Part shown: one piece after another, positions 62,454 to 64,000 of the stretch
Layout: each line of letters begins with the position of its first letter
Position numbering within the stretch: position 1 is the stretch's first letter
Origin: Basidiobolus meristosporus CBS 931.73
Lineage: Eukaryota > Fungi > Basidiobolomycota
Length of the DNA: 64,000 nt
NCBI GenBank assembly: GCA_002104905.1
Contig: MCFE01000268.1
Coordinates: forward strand, 43,440 to 107,439
Direction of reading: 5' to 3'
Notes under the pieces: model-generated
The model's database searches: none
What the model saw: the letters and a program-made list of their open reading frames with translations, nothing else
Told to the model about the DNA's origin: nothing
Translations under genes and position numbers: made by a program

Positions 62454-64000
62454 TGTTGTAAGAGTCTTGGAGATATTGGAAGTGATTGGGAGAACAAGTA
62501 GATTGTGTGGTTTTCACTTAATGATTTATTGAATGTAAAAGTGGTATTTATACTTTTACCTGGTCTTGGCATTACAAACACGTAGAATAGGTTAAGGAAG
62601 GTCCCAAGAACATGTGTGCAAAGTTTGGGGCTGTTTGGACAACTTTGAGAATTTTCATGTTCTGGGTAAATATTCTAAGTAAATCCCAACAAGGAATTTG
62701 TTCAGTATTCTCTAGGATTTGAAGGTGATGATCTAAGTGACTAAGTTAGGTGAATATTTAGGTGGAAATACAAATTTTTACAACACTCCCACTCAGCTAA
62801 ATGTTCATACTGACTAGTCCTAATTTTGACCTAAGATATTCAAACTTGTCTCTAGCTAATGGTTTGGTAAATATGTCTGCAATCATTTCATCTGTAGGAC
62901 AGTAAACTAAGCTAACTAAGTTATTCTCTATAGCTTCACGTATGAAATGATGTCTAATATCTATGTGCTTGGTTCTAGCATGAAAAGTTGGATTTCTACC
63001 TAATTGTATACATCCTTGATTATCTTGAAATAAAGTAATAGGCGTTTTTTGACATTGGCCTAAATCTGTAAACAGCTTTCTTAACCACATTGCTTCTTTT
63101 GTGGCTTCACAGGCTGCCATGTGCTCTGCCTCTGTAGTAGAAAGTGCTACGGTTGGTTGTTTTCTTGAATTCCATGAAATTGCTCCTTTACAGTAAAGAA
63201 AGGTGTATCATGTGGTGGATCTTCTGTCTTCCAAATTTTGTCCCCAATCAGCATCAGAGTATCCCACAAGATCCTGTTCTGAATCCTTATAAGTGTATCT
63301 TGAGCAGATATCAGCAGTTCCTTTTAGGTATCTAAAAATCCGCTTAACTGCTGCAATATGATCAGATCCATAGTTCTGATTATGTTGGCTGACAACTCCC
63401 ACTGAATATGAGATATCTGGACGTGTTCCAAGCATGATATACATCAGACTGCTGACCATTGATTGATAAGGAAAGTCAGGGCTTTCAGATTGCACCAAGC
63501 TCTCTTGATTTGGTGGAGTTTTGACCAAGTTAAGGTTTAACTCCATTGGGGTAGCTGCCGGTTTACAGTCTTCCATTTTGTACTTCTTTAGTATATCTTG
63601 AATATACTTGGGTTGGCTTAGGGTTATAGTCTGGGTACTTCTGTCTATGGAGAACTTAATCCCTAAGTAGTAACTAAGTTCTCCTAGATCGGACATCTTG
63701 AACTCCTTAGATAGGCTGGATTTAGTCTCTTCCAATGTTTCTAGGTTATTGGTGGCTATAATAAGATCATCCACATATAGAGCTAATAGAACTGGATTTG
63801 CTCTTTCTGGCTTATAGTATATACTATAGTCAGCATTACTCCTTTTGAAACTCAAAGATTCCAAATAAGAATCTATCTTGCAATTCCAGGCTCTTGGTGA
63901 TTGTTTGAGACCATATAGTGACTTTTTAAGCTTGCAGACCAAATGGGGATTATATTGGTCAACAAGCCCATCAGGCTGGTCCATATACACGTCCTCATCA
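62454..64000 (-). mobile_element. Copia copy D: 3' LTR 62454-62785, PPT, RNaseH-RT; runs off the window; nested in the integrase of copy C
   Basis: LTR TGTTGTAAGAG...TTTTTACAACA followed by CTCCCACTCAGCT (PPT, reverse complement); ORFs 62797-63120 and 63208-63990 are nearly identical to copy C. Confidence 0.95.

Overview
Eukaryotic, intron-containing DNA, most likely from an early-diverging fungus (inferred from short GT-AG introns, gene content and TE families; taxon not determinable from sequence alone). A compact gene island (about 6.6-14.4 kb) lies within a CpG-retaining block (about 2.8-15.6 kb). It holds a 69-aa ORF made almost entirely of a spinophilin-like PP1-docking motif, a CAF16-like soluble ABC protein with degenerate ATPase motifs, a bHLH-zipper transcription factor, a RidA/YjgF deaminase ending in a PTS1-like AHL, and a homeobox gene. 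The rest is a CpG-depleted nest of decayed transposons: (1) a Ty1/copia family primed by half-tRNAiMet, present in several age classes; (2) a Ty3/gypsy family with one copy inserted into another; (3) two ~1.05-kb solo LTRs of a third family inserted at RCGC sites; (4) a CMC/CACTA-type (Tnp2) DNA transposon family with CCCCTATGAAAAA TIRs and an unknown accessory gene placed head-to-head with the transposase, with the two ATGs 222 bp apart in both copies; (5) MITE/foldback elements with TAGACTTGTTCCA termini. All coordinates and alignments were read by eye and no database searches were run, so the boundaries of decayed elements are approximate.
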